From NCBI RefSeq assembly GCF_009914755.1, contig NC_060931.1: a stretch of DNA of 64,000 bases; one strand, written 5' to 3'. Each line of letters begins with the position of its first letter. Position 1 is the first letter of the stretch. The stretch comes from the human T2T-CHM13v2.0 reference genome, Homo sapiens. Below are positions 18,089 to 38,900 of this stretch, piece after piece. Made by a program: the position numbers and the translations under genes. Below the pieces are notes generated by a model, which was given only the letters and a program-made list of their open reading frames with translations, had not been told where the DNA came from and searched no databases.

Positions 18089-19105
18089 ATGGGGAAAAAA
18101 CAGAACAGAAAAACTGGAAACTCTAAAACGCAGAGCGCCTCTCCTCCTCCAAAGGAATGCAGTTCCTCACCAGCAACGGAACAAAGCTGGATGGAGAATG
18201 ACTTTGACGAGCTGAGAGAAGAAGGCTTCAGACGATCAAATTACTCTGAGCTACGGGAGGACATTCAAACCAAAGGCAAAGAAGTTGAAAGCTTTGAAAA
18301 AAATTTAGAAGAATGTATAACTAGAATAACCAATACAGAGAAGTGCTTAAAGGAGGTGATGGAGCTGAAAACCAAGGCCCGAGAACTATATGAAGAATGC
18401 AGAAGCCTCAGGAGCCAATGCGATCAACTGGAAGAAAGGGTATCAGCAATGGAAGATTAAATGAATGAAATGAAGCGAGAAGGGAAGTTTAGAGAAAAAA
18501 GAATAAAAAGAAATGAGCAAAGCCTCCAAGAAATATGGGACTATGTGAAAAGACCAAATCTACATCTGATTGGTGTACCTGAAAGTGATGGGGAGAATGG
18601 AACCAAGTTGGAAAACACTCTGCAGGATATTATCCAGCAGAACTTCCCCAATCTAGCAAGGCAGGCCAACGTTCAGATTCAGGAAATACAGAGAACGCCA
18701 CAAAGATACTCCTCGAGAAGAGCAACTCCAAGACACATAATTGTCAGATTCACCAAAGTTGAAATGAAGGAAAAAATGTTAAGGGCAGCCAGAGAGAAAG
18801 GTCGGGTTACCCTCAAAGGGAAGCCCATCAGACTAACAGCGGATCTCTCGGCAGAAACCCTACAAGCCAGAAGAGAGTGGGGGCCAATATTCAACATTCT
18901 TAAAGAAAAGAATTTTCAACCCAGAATTTCATATCCAGCCAAACTAAGCTTCATAAGTGAAGAAGAAATAAAATACTTTACAGACAAGCAAATGCTGAGA
19001 GATTTTGTCACCACCAGGCCTGCCCTAAAAGAGCTCCTGAAGGAAGCGCTAAACATGGAAAGGAACAGCCGGTACCAGCCACTGCAAAATCATGCCAAAA
19101 TGTAA
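18089..19105 (+). pseudogene. L1PA2 ORF1p with one premature stop
   Basis: MGKKQNRK...AMED* (TAA 18458-18460), then MNEMKREGK...NHAKM in the same frame. Confidence 0.95.
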
Positions 19106-19168
19106 AGACCATCGAGACTAGGAAGAAACTGCATCAACTAACAAGCAAAATCACCAGCTAACATCATA

Positions 19169-22989
<3,821 letters not shown>

Positions 22990-23220
22990 ACAATGAGATC
23001 ACATGGACACAGGAAGGAGAATATCACACTCTGGGGACTGTGGGGGGTGGGGGGAGTGGGGAGGGATAGCATTGGGAGATATACCTAATGCTAGATGACG
23101 AGTTAGTGGGTGCAGTGCACCAGCATGGCACATGTATACATATGTAACTAACCTGCACAATGTGCACATGTACCCTAAAACATAAAGTATAAAAAAAAAA
23201 AAAAAAAAAAAAAAAGCCCA

Positions 23221-23500
23221 GGCCTGGTGCAGTGGCTCACGCCTGTAATCCCAGCACTTTGGGAGGCTGAGGCGGGTGGATCATGAGTTCAGGAGATTGA
23301 GACCAACCTGGCCAACATGGTGAAGCCTTGTTTCTACTAAAATACAAAAAATTAGCCAGGCATGGTGGCGCATGCCTGTAGTCCCAGCTACTTGGGAGGC
23401 TGAGGCAGGGGAATCGCTTGAATCCCTGGGAGGCGGAGGTTGCAGTGAGCCAAGATCGCGCCACTGCACTCCAGACTGGCAACAGAGCGGGACTCCATCT

Positions 23501-23531
<31 letters not shown>
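23221..23531 (+). mobile_element. AluSc-like element directly after the L1PA2 tail
   Basis: Full dimer, ~30-nt poly-A, followed by gtccaggaccag (resumed L1PB ORF2). Confidence 0.9.
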
Positions 23532-26457
<2,926 letters not shown>

Positions 26458-26720
26458 AACTTATGGAAAAATTTTCTAAAAAATAAGTATTTACAGCATC
26501 CTAAATGTGAATCTTTTCCTTCCTATCTATAAGTGGCACCAAAAGTAACTTCTTTCAATTCCAATCAACAAACTATGATTGATTAGAACCATAGCTATTA
26601 GCCAACACTCAACAGTAATAAAAAACTCTTGCATTTTAAAAGCAGTTTATAAATTACATATAATTCCTATCCTTTAATATTAACCCATCATAAATTCTAT
26701 TATATTAAAAAATACCATTC

Positions 26721-27037
<317 letters not shown>

Positions 27038-27235
27038 TCAAGAAACTAACAGAAGGCTCTATTCTCTATAGTCCTAAAATGCTTTCCAATATCCAGTTGG
27101 ATATTGTTACTACAAAAATCATTCTGTTAATGTTAAATGCAAATGAAAATATAATACTTGCTTTTGAATAAAAATTTTAATTGTACAATATTCACCTTTA
27201 AATTTTTAAATTTAAATTCCTCTTTTAAAACTTAG

Positions 27236-28504
<1,269 letters not shown>

Positions 28505-28977
28505 GCTTAGAACATGGAGACAGTCCTCTTTGACAATCTTCCCCAATGCAGTCCTCTTCTCCCAGCTCCCTAAAGATAATGACTATAATGAGAATTTGTT
28601 ATTTATCTTTCCCAATATAAAAAAATATTTACCCCCCGCCACACACATATACACACAAGGAGAAACTATATTCAGTGTGTAGTTTTTTCTTTTACAGAAA
28701 TGGCATTGGCTGTATATTTACTTCACACAGTTTTTTTTTTCATGAAACAATAATTAATTCCTGATTAAACATTTTATAACATCCCATAATACAACTAAAC
28801 ATTTTGTCCAATCGTTAATTCAAAGGATGTTAAAGACATCTCTCAATATTTTGATATTACAAGTAATACTGGAATTGAAATATTTGTATATGTTTCCTTG
28901 TGAAAGTGTACAAGTGTTTCTCTGCAGCAGATATGCAAGGGAGAAACTGCTGGATTCCAAACACTGTACAGGTTTAC

Positions 28978-29280
28978 TTTTTTTTTTTTTAAGAGTCGGG
29001 TCTCACTGTGTCACCTAGGCTACAGTGCAGTAGCAATTTACAGGTGTGATCACAGCTCAATGCAACCTTGAAGGCCTTCTGTGATCCTCCCACCTTAGCC
29101 TCCCAAGTAGCTGGTACTATAGGTGCTCACCACCACACCTGGCTAACTTAAAAAAAAAAATTTAGAGACAGGGTCTTGCTATGTTGGCGGGGCTAGTCTT
29201 GAACTCCTGGCCTCATGCAATCCTTCCACTTCAGCCTCCCCAGTAGCTGGAACTACAGGTGTGTGCCACCGCACCTGGCC
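28978..29280 (-). mobile_element. AluJ
   Basis: Diverged antisense Alu dimer. Confidence 0.85.
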
Positions 29281-29859
29281 ATGTTTACTTTTTAATAGAC
29301 ACTACCAAATTACCTTACAAAGTATTTCTACCAATTTATATTCTCAGCAATGTGGTATGAGAATACCCATGTTCTAGCCAACACTAGATACTACAAAACA
29401 TTTTAAATTTGTTCAACCTGATAGATGAAAAAATAATGTCACCTTGTTTTAGTCTGCATTTCTCTAATCAATAGTGAGGTGATGCTTATTTTTGTTTATT
29501 GGCAGGTGCATTTCCTCATCTGGAGCTGCGCGTTAATCCCAAATTTCTCCATCAGGATATCTTTTCTCCTGATTTGTAAGAGTTCTTTATATATTTGGAT
29601 ACTAGTTCTCCATGAGTAGCAAATGTATGTGTAGCAAATATTTTTCTCCCAGTCTATTTTTGTCTAACTTTATGTATTTTTTAATCGTAAAAGACGTTAA
29701 ATTTTTGTTGTAAAAACTATCAATATTTTATTTTTCCTATCAAAAGATTGTATTTTTCTTATGTTTAGTTTTAACTAGATGAAAATTTGAGGTTCTGTTT
29801 ATTTAAGCCTTTACCCCATCTATAACCTATTTTTATGAATGTAAGAGTCCAAATTTCTC

Positions 29860-32736
29860 TACTTCTTTAAATGTTCAGGAGAGCTCTCCCTCTCCCTCTC
29901 CCTCTCCCCACGGTCTCTCTCTCCCTCTCCCCACGGTCTCCCTCTCCCTCTCCCCACGGTCTCCCTCTCCCTCTCTTTCCACGGTCTCCCTCTCATGCCG
30001 AGCCGAAGCTGGACTGTGCTGCTGCCATCTCGGCTCACTGCAACCTCCCTGCCTGATTCTCCTGCCTCAGCCTGCCGAGTGCCTGCGACTGCAGGTGCGC
30101 GCCGCCACGCCTGACTGGTTTTCGTATTTTTTTGGTGGAGACGGGGTTTCGCTGTGTTGGCCGGGCTGGTCTCCAGCTCCTAACCGCGAGTGATCCGCCA
30201 GCCTCGGCCTCCCGAGGTGCCGGGATGGCAGACGGAGTTGTGTTCACTCAGTGCTCAATGGTGCCCAGGCTGGAGTGCAGTGGCATGATCTCGGCTCGCT
30301 ACAACCTCCACCTCCCAGCTGCCTGCCTTGGCCCCCCAAAGTGCTGAGATTGCAGCCTCTGCCCGGCCACCACCCCGTCTGGGAAGTGAGGAGCGTCTCT
30401 GCCTGGCCGCCCATCGTCTGGGATGTGAGGAGCCTCTCTGCCTGGCTGCCCAGTCTGGAAAGTGAGGAGCGTCTCTGCCCGGCCGCCCATCATCTGAGAT
30501 GTGGGGAGCACCTCTGCCCTGCCCCCCCGTCTGGGATGTGAGGAGCGTCTCTGCCCAGCCGCCCCGTCTGAGAAGTGAGGAGACCCTCTGCCTGGCAACC
30601 GCCCCGTCTGAGAAGTGAGAAGCCCCTCTGCCCGGCAGCCACACCGTCTGAGAAGTGAGGAGCCCCTCCGCCCGGCAGCCACCCCGTCTGGGAAGTGAGG
30701 AGCGTCTCTGCCCGGCAGCCACCCCCTCCAGGAGGGAGGTGGGGGTCAGCCCCCCGCCCGGCCAGCCGCCCCGTCCAGAAGGGAGGTGGGGGGGTCAGCC
30801 CCCCGCCCGGCCAGCTGCCCCGTCCGGAAGGGAGGTGGGGGGGGTCAGCCCCCCGCCCGGCCAGCCGCCCCGTCCGGGAGGTGAGGGGCGCCTCTGCCCG
30901 GCCGCCCCTACTGGGAAGTGAGGACCCCTCTGCCTGGCCAGCCGCTCCGTCCGGGAGGGAGGTGGGGGCGTCAGCCCCCCGCCCGGCCAGCCGCCCCGTC
31001 CGGGAGGTGAGGGGCGCCTCTGCCCGGCCGCCCCTACTGGGAAGTGAGGAGCCCCTCTGCCCGGCCAGCCGCCCTGTCTGGGAAGGAGGTGGGGGGGTCA
31101 GCCCCCCACCCGGCCAGCCACCCCGTCCGGGAGGTGAGGGGCGCCTCTGCCCGGCCGCCTCTACTGGGAAGAGAGGAGCCCCTCTGCCCGGCCAGCCGCC
31201 CCGTCCAGGAGGGAGGTGGGGGGGTCAGCCCCCCACCCGGCCAGCCGCCCCGTCCGGGAGGGAGGTGGGGAGGTCAGCCCCCCGCCCAGCCAGCTGCCCC
31301 GTCCGGGAAGGAGGTGGGGGGGTCAGCACCCCGCCTGGCCAGCCACCCCGTCCGGGAGGTGAGGGGCGCCTCTGCCCGGCCGCCTCTACTGGGAAGAGAG
31401 GAGCCCCTCTGCCTGGCCAGCCGCCCCGTCCGGGAGGGAGGTGGGGGGGGGTCAGCCCCCCACCCGGCCAGCCGCCCCGTCCGGGAGGGAGGTGGGGGGG
31501 TCAGCCCCCCGCCCGGCCAGCCGCCCCGTCCGGGAGGGAGGTGGGGGGGTCAGCCCCCTGCCCGGCCAGCCGCCCCGTCCGGGAGGGAGGTGGGGGGATC
31601 AGCCCCCCGCCCGGCCAGCTGCCCTGTCTGGGAGGTGAGGGGTGCCTCTGCCCGGCCGCCCCTACTGGGAAGTGAGGAGCCCCTCTGCCCGGACAGCCGC
31701 CCTGTCCGGGAGGGAGGTGGGGGGGTCAGCCCCCCGCCCGGCCAGCCGCCCCGTCCGGGAGGGAGGTGGGGGGGTCAGCCGCCCGTCCGGGAGGGAGGTG
31801 GGGGGGTCAGCCCCCCCGCCCGGCCAGCCGCCCCATCCGGGAGGTGAGGGGTGCCTCTGCCCGGCCGCCCCTACTGGGAAGTGAGGAGCCCCTCTGCCCG
31901 GCCAGCCGCCCCGTCCGGGAAGGAGGTGGGGGGGTCAGCCCCGCACCCGGCCAGCCGCCCCGTCCGGTTGGTGAGGGGCGCCTCTGCCCGGCCGCCCCTA
32001 CTGGGAAGTGAGGAGCCCCTCTGCCCAGCCAGCCGCCCAGTCCGGGAAGGAGGTGGGGGGGTCAGCCCCCCGCCCGGCCAGCCACCCCGTCCGGGAGGGA
32101 AGTGGAGGGGTCAGCCCCCCGCCCGGCCAGCCGCCCCATCCGGGAGGTGAGGGGCGCCTCTGCCCGGCCACCCCTACTGGGAAGTGAGGAGCCCCTCTGC
32201 CCGGCCACCACCCCGTCTGGGAGGTGTACTCAACAGCTCATTGAGAACAGGCCATGATGACAATGGCGGTTTTGTGGAATAGAAAGGGGGGAAAGGCGGG
32301 GAAAAGATTGAGAAATCGGATGGTTGCCGTGTCTGTGTAGAAAGAGGTAGACATGGGAGACTTTTCATTTTGTTCTGTACTAACAAAAAATTCTTCTGCC
32401 TTGGGATCCTGTTGATCTGTGACCTTACCCCCAACCCTGTGCTCTCTGAAACATGTGCTGTGTCCACTCAGGGTTGAATGGATTAAGGGTGGTGCAAGAT
32501 GTGCTTTGTTAAACAGATGCTTGAAGGCAGCATGCTCGTTAAGAGTCATCGCCACTCCCTAATCTCAAGTACCCAGGGACACAAACACTGTGGAAGGCCA
32601 CAGGGTCCTCTGCCTAGGAAAACCAGAGACCTTTGTTTACTTGTTTATCTGCTGACCTTCCCTCCACTATTGTCCTATGACCCTGCCAAATCCCCCTCTG
32701 CGAGAAACACCCAAGAATGATCAAAAAAAAAAAAAA
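29860..32736 (+). mobile_element. Full-length SVA (SVA_D-like)
   Basis: (CCCTCT)n head 29884-29993, Alu-like domain to ~30360, GC-rich VNTR to ~32225, SINE-R (gggttgaatgg) to 32722, poly-A; 17-nt TSD aagagtccaaatttctc (29843-29859, 32737-32753). Confidence 0.96.
30360..32225 (+). repeat. SVA VNTR, ~1.9 kb of ~40-50-nt GC-rich units
   Basis: Repeated gcccggccagccgccccgtccgggagggaggtggggggg and gccgcccctactgggaagtgaggagcccctct. Confidence 0.95.
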
Positions 32737-33749
32737 AAGAGTCCAAATTTCTCAAGGTAGTACAAAACTAGAAAATAATATGAACAGATTAAAATTAAAC
32801 AATATTATAATAATAACAAAGAAAAATCAAATGATTCTTTCCCTAATGGCAGGAAAAGCATGGTAAAATTAAAAACAAATCTATTCATCATAAAAAATCA
32901 ATAAACTAGGAATAAAAAGAACTTTTATGATTTGATAAGGGGTATCTTTTTTAAAAAATATAGCAAACACGCCAGACTTTTCATCATGCCAAGGGAAGGC
33001 TGATATTAAATACTTCCCTAACCGTGAATGCTGACAAAGATTCCTGCTACTGGCATGCCATGTCATATACCTGTAAGATCTGGGTCACAGCCTCTGATTA
33101 TACCAGGGAAGGGATACTTCCCCTCAAAATTTATGCTAGGTTGTCAAAATTGGGCTTACACCAAAACTATGCCACATTATGCTGCTCTTGTATCCCACCT
33201 GATCACAACAGTGAGTAGCTTCAGCTTCTGTACTTAATGCAGTTTAAAAACTATAAAGCCCAAGGTTGTAAGCCCTATCTCATAGTATGAAAATGTCATT
33301 AGACTTCTATACACTGACATAGAAAGAATGGGCAATGTGGGGACAAGTGCATCTGGTATTACTCCAGGCTTTATAAGTTTTCCTCCAATGAATATTACTC
33401 TAGTAGGCTTTGTATGAATTCTACTTGGCCATTTGCGCTTAATTACATAAAAACTGTCACAGAAAACTGGACATCAGGTCAGGTTTCTACTGCAGTTTTC
33501 TGGAAGTAAAGCAAAGGACCAGAGGTGAAAGACTCATTTTGGCATTTTGGCAGCATGCCCAGTCATCAGGATGGCTAATCACTAACTGCAACTGGGAAAT
33601 AGCCCTAAAGTCCCAATGAATAAAATATCTGGAAAATAAGACTGGCCAGGTTGGAACTCCTTGGTTGTTATTAATGGCCTTGGTGAGAATCTCCTAGGAA
33701 GAGGCAAACTCCACTGAAGGGAAGGTTAAGTAATCCCTGATGAAATTAT

Positions 33750-35968
33750 ATAGACACACACAGAGAAGTAATGATGCAAAACAAGAGCTGGAAAATACTC
33801 TTACAGAAAAGTAAGGGAGGAAGATTTTCTCTAGCATACATCTACACTAACATAAAGAAAGCTATTATAATAAGGTGGAGTGTTGCTGGCACATAAACAG
33901 AAATAAAAAGCAGTGGTGAATATGAGTCCAGAAATAGACCAATCCACATAAAGACACCTGATTTATAACAAAGCTAATATTGCACAGTAGTGGGTATAGA
34001 CACATATTTCAACTAATGGTGCTGAGATTATTGGGTTTTCATATGGAGAAGAAAGAAATTAAATTGCTACCTTATACTATATCCAAAAAAGAAAAAAAAA
34101 TGAAACAATTCCAGGTAGATTACAAACCTAAAATATGAAAGTTGAAGCTATAATGCTTATGGAAAATAGTACAGAGGATATATTTGTGAATTTGGGGTAA
34201 GAAAATGTTTCTTATGCAAGACACCAAACACATTATTTCTAAAGTAAAAGACTGATAAATGTGACTACCTTACACTTACGGAGCTCTGTTCATCAAAAGA
34301 CACCAAGAAAGGGAAGAGACAAGCTAGAGTATGGGAAAAGCTACTTGCAACACATACAATCAACATCGGACTCACATTTAGAAGACATAAAGAACTCCTA
34401 GAAAATCAATGGGAACAAAGCAGAAAACCAAGTTAAAAACTGGGTAAAACTCAAACAAATATTTCAATAGAAAGGATATCCAAATGGATAGTAAACACAG
34501 AAAAAAGTTGTCAAACTCATTAGTAATTAGGAAATTAGAAATTAAAATCACAATTCTTTGACAAGCACACCAAGACAATTCAATGGAGAACAAATCGTTT
34601 TTCATGAAACGGTGCTGAGACAACTGGATAGCCACATGCAAAGAATTAAGTTGAATCTCTATCCCACAGCATACACAAAAATGATCTCAAAATGGATCAA
34701 AGACCCAAATGTAAAATGTAAAACTATAATAAACTCTTTGAAGAAAACAGGTGTAAATCTTTGTGACCTTGAATTAGGCAATGGTTTCTTAGGGGTAATA
34801 CCAAAAGCACAAGCAAACAAAACACAGAAAAATTAGACTTTATCAAAATGTAAAACTTCTGTGTTTGAAAGAACACTATATCAAGAAAGTGAAGAGATGA
34901 CCCAAAGAATTGGAGGAAACATTTATAAATTATGTATCTGATAAGGGTTTAGTATCCAACATATACAAAGAACTAATACAATTCAACAATAAAAGACAAC
35001 CTAATTTTTTAAATGGGCAAAGATTTTAAATAGGCATCTCTCCAAAGAAGATATGGAGATTGGCAATAAACACATGAAAAGATGTTCAACATCACTGATC
35101 ACTAGGGTAATGCAAATCAAAACCACAACTAGATTCACACAACCTCTTTACACCTACTGGGGTGGGTATAATAAAAAAGACAGACAATGACAAGTGTTGG
35201 TGAGGATGTGGAGAAATTGGGCTCTCAAACACTACTGATAAAATGGAAAATGGTGCAGCCCCCTTGGAAAACAGTTTGGCAGTTCCTCAAAAAGCTAGAC
35301 ACAGAGTTATATTATGACCTAGCAGTTCTGATCCTAGGTATGTACCCCAAAGAACTGAAATGTATTGTCACATAAAAAATTACACATGACCATTTATAGC
35401 AGCATTATTCATTAATAGCCAAAAAATGAATACGAGCCAAATGTCCATCAACAGATGAATGGATAAATAAAATACGGTATATTTATACAATGTAATATTA
35501 TTCAGCCATAAAGAGAAGTACTGATAACTTCTACAATATAAACGAATCTTGAAAACATTATACTAAATGAAAGAAGCCAGAAACAAAAGGCCACATATTG
35601 TGTGATTCCATTTATATGAGATGTCCAGAACAGGCAAATCCAGAGACAAAAAAATGGATTTGTATTTTCCAGGGCGAGAGGGAAAAGGAGAATGCAGAGT
35701 GACTGTTAATGGGTTGGGTGCTTTCTTTGTGAGGTGATGCAAATGGTCTGGAATTAGTGGTGGTGGTTACATAGTTTTGTGAATATACTAAAAATTAACT
35801 ATATACTTTTAAAAGGTGAGTTTTATGGTTTATGAGTTACATCTCAAAAGTTATAAGCTGGGAAATTATCAAGGAAATATAAAATAGAATTTAAGTGAAC
35901 AAAAGCTATAAGCAAAAACAAGGGTGAAATCTTAGAAGAAAATACTAAATGAACAAAACAAGATGCAA
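33750..35968 (+). mobile_element. Old L1ME-like fragment with nested L1MB-like 3' end (~34557-35850)
   Basis: Degenerate ORF2 C-terminal and 3'UTR motifs; host L1 resumes at ~39975-40290. Confidence 0.7.
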
Positions 35969-38900
35969 CTCTCTTGAGTACCCCCACACTCCCTTGAGTG
36001 TGCACTTTTTGCTTTGAAATAAAATCTCTGTACTTTCACTATTTTCTGACTCATCCTTGAATTCCTTCTCATGATGGTGTCAAGAGTCTGGACACCGGCT
36101 GGCGCTGAGGTCCCATCGGCATTTGGGGACCCCCCCCCTCCAGCCTACCAGTATCATCTTTATGGCCATCCAGCCCAGAGCATCATCAGCCACATTAGAA
36201 CCACCAGCAGTTGGTAAGTCCCATTGGGGCCTTAATTGGAGTCTTCTCGTTCTCTGGAGTTACTGCTACTTTCTTCCTTGTTCCTACAGCCTGACTCCCC
36301 TCAGCCGTAGTGCCTCTGCTTCCTCCAGCTGGAAAACGCAGTTCGCCCTGACAGTGACAAATGGAGGTGGGAAGGCTTTGACCTACACCTGAGCTCTGAG
36401 GTGCCATGGGCCTCCTGGGCAAGAGGCTAATGAGGGTGAGTAGGGTAAAATCCCATGTCCCAGTGGCTGGACAGCTGCCAAGGAGCATTATGACTTATTC
36501 CTGGGAAGTCTTCTGTTCTCCCAAGGGACCAGCTGCGCTAAGACACTGACCTTGGTTGGGAACTGTTTTCCCTTTCCCATCTCTCTTTAAACCCTGCTTT
36601 TGTGGTTTTCTCTTCTCATGCTTCTTCCTCATACTTCACACAAAAGTTTAGTGAACTCTGGACACAGCAAAATAGGTCCGCTGGAATGCCAAATCTAGGC
36701 CTATTGTTTTAAGGGGGCCCTTCAAGGTGGCTATTATTTGGCCATGCTGAATTATCTCTACTACGAAGTTTTACTTGGTAATAAATATTCAGATGGATTT
36801 TGGCAGGCTTGCTGCTTTCAAACTAGGTCCACACTCATCCTACTCAACCTTGAAAGCAAAGCCCCAGGGGCCATGGACGCCTGGGCAACACTAGGGCTCC
36901 AGGGACACCTGGACACCAAGGCAGCCAGCCAAGGGAACATGGACAACTGTCTCCCCGGCCTGACCATGGAGCTGGTGTCAAGAGCCTGGACACTGGCTGG
37001 GGCTGAGGTCCCATTGGCATCTGGGGACTCCACTGCAGTCCACCAGTATCATCTTTATGGCCACCTAGCCCAGAGCATCCACAGCCACATTAGAACCACC
37101 AGCTCATTCACCTGGCATTTTGTAAATGCTGGAACTAGTCCCTCCGAAGAGGAAACTATACTGTTCTTTTCTCTTTCAGGTCGTGCCGAGGACAAGTCAA
37201 GGCTATGGGTAACTCTCTTTTAGAAAATGGGGTGCAATGGCCAGAGTCTAGGACCGTAAAATGCAATACCATCTTGGAATTAAATCTTTTTTGTAAACAT
37301 CAGAAGAAGTGGACTGAAGTAGCATATGTATTAATACAAGCCTTCACGGCTCTTTATCAGAACCTTGACCCTCGCGGGAACTGCTGCCTTTGTTAGGCTC
37401 ACAGCCCTTTAGGGGAACCAAATGGGACACCAGATACCCTGCACGATCCCCCTTTTGGGAAATGTACCCCCAGACTCCTGCTAGTCCATCTCCTTACCAA
37501 CCTTCACACCCTTCTCTACAGAAGGAGCAGAGCCCTGCTAGGGTTGCCCACAGTGCATTTCCTACATTCTTGACCATTCTAAGTTATGCCCACTTAGGGA
37601 GGTGGCCAGTGGGGGTGCTGGGACTATCTGGGTGTATCTTTTTCGATGTCTGATCTAGCCTACTGCAGACAGAGGTTGGGCCAATTTTCAGAGGACCTAA
37701 CTAAAGTTATGGAGGGGTTCTGGGCTCTCTCACTCTCATCTGAGTTAACCTGGGGACATATTCATATTATCTTGTCCATGTGTTGTACCCCTGAGGAAAA
37801 GCAGTGTATTTGGGCACAGGCCCAGGCTTATGCTGACACCTTGTTGGCTTGGGACCCCGAACAATATACTGTAAAGGCCATGTCTGTGCCTAACAGTGGC
37901 CCTAATTGGAATTATCAACAGGGCCAGGCTTATCTAAGAAAAAAAAAAATCACATGATGACTTGTTTAGTGAAAGGAATGAAAAAAAGGTACCACTAAGC
38001 CTGTGAGCTATAATAAAATAAGGGAAATAACTCAAAGAAAAGATGAAAACCCTGCTGTGTTCCAGGGGAGCCTTGTGAAGGCCCTAAAAAATATATGCTA
38101 ACATTGAACCCAATATTGATGCTGGCCAAATTTTTCTAAGGACATACTTTATTAGTCTATCAGCATCTGACATCAGGAGGAACATGAGGAGGAAAGTGCA
38201 GAAATTGGCTTTGGGATCCCAAATGCCTATTACTCACATGTTTCATGTAGCTTTTAGGTTATTCAATAATAGGGATAGGGCTGAAGAGGCTGAAAGGACT
38301 CAGCATGGCAAACAATGGGACAGACAGCAGGCCCAAATGACACCCAGGGGGATTCTTCGCCCAAGGACCAAACAGCCCTAACAGCAAACCTGTAGGAAAT
38401 GGTTGCCGCTTCTAGTGTAGGAAGCTGGGACATTAGAGCAAGGGCTGGTTCATGGTATAAGATCTCAAGGATGCTTTTTTTTTTGTATCCCTCTGCACAC
38501 TGACTCTCAATATTTGTTTGCTTTTGAGTGGACTAATCCTGAAACTATTATTACCCAGCAGTACACCTGCACAGTACTGCCTCAGGGCTTTAGGGATAGC
38601 CCTTACTTGTTCAGCAATGCCTCGGCATGAGAATTAAGGGAGCTAGAGGTAGAAAGGGAAGCCGTACTCCAAGATGTGGATGACATCCTTGTATATAGTT
38701 CCACTAAAGAGAACTCAGATAAGAATACCATTCAAGTCCTAAACTTCCTGGGAGAAAGAAGATTATCAGGTCTCTCCATCTAAGGCCCAGATTTCTAAAA
38801 TGGAAATAAAATATCTGGGATACATCCTAAGCCCAGGAAACCGGATCTTGTCTGTCAAACAATAGGAGGCTATCTTAAAGACGAGACCTTCACAAATGAA

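Noticed and set aside
30695-31847. Long Pro/Gly/Arg-rich ORFs (326 and 267 aa)
   Set aside because: Produced by the GC-rich SVA VNTR, which has few stop codons; no evidence of a gene
30360-32225. Repeat array resembling CRISPR or satellite
   Set aside because: Tandem units without unique spacers, inside an SVA in a human intron
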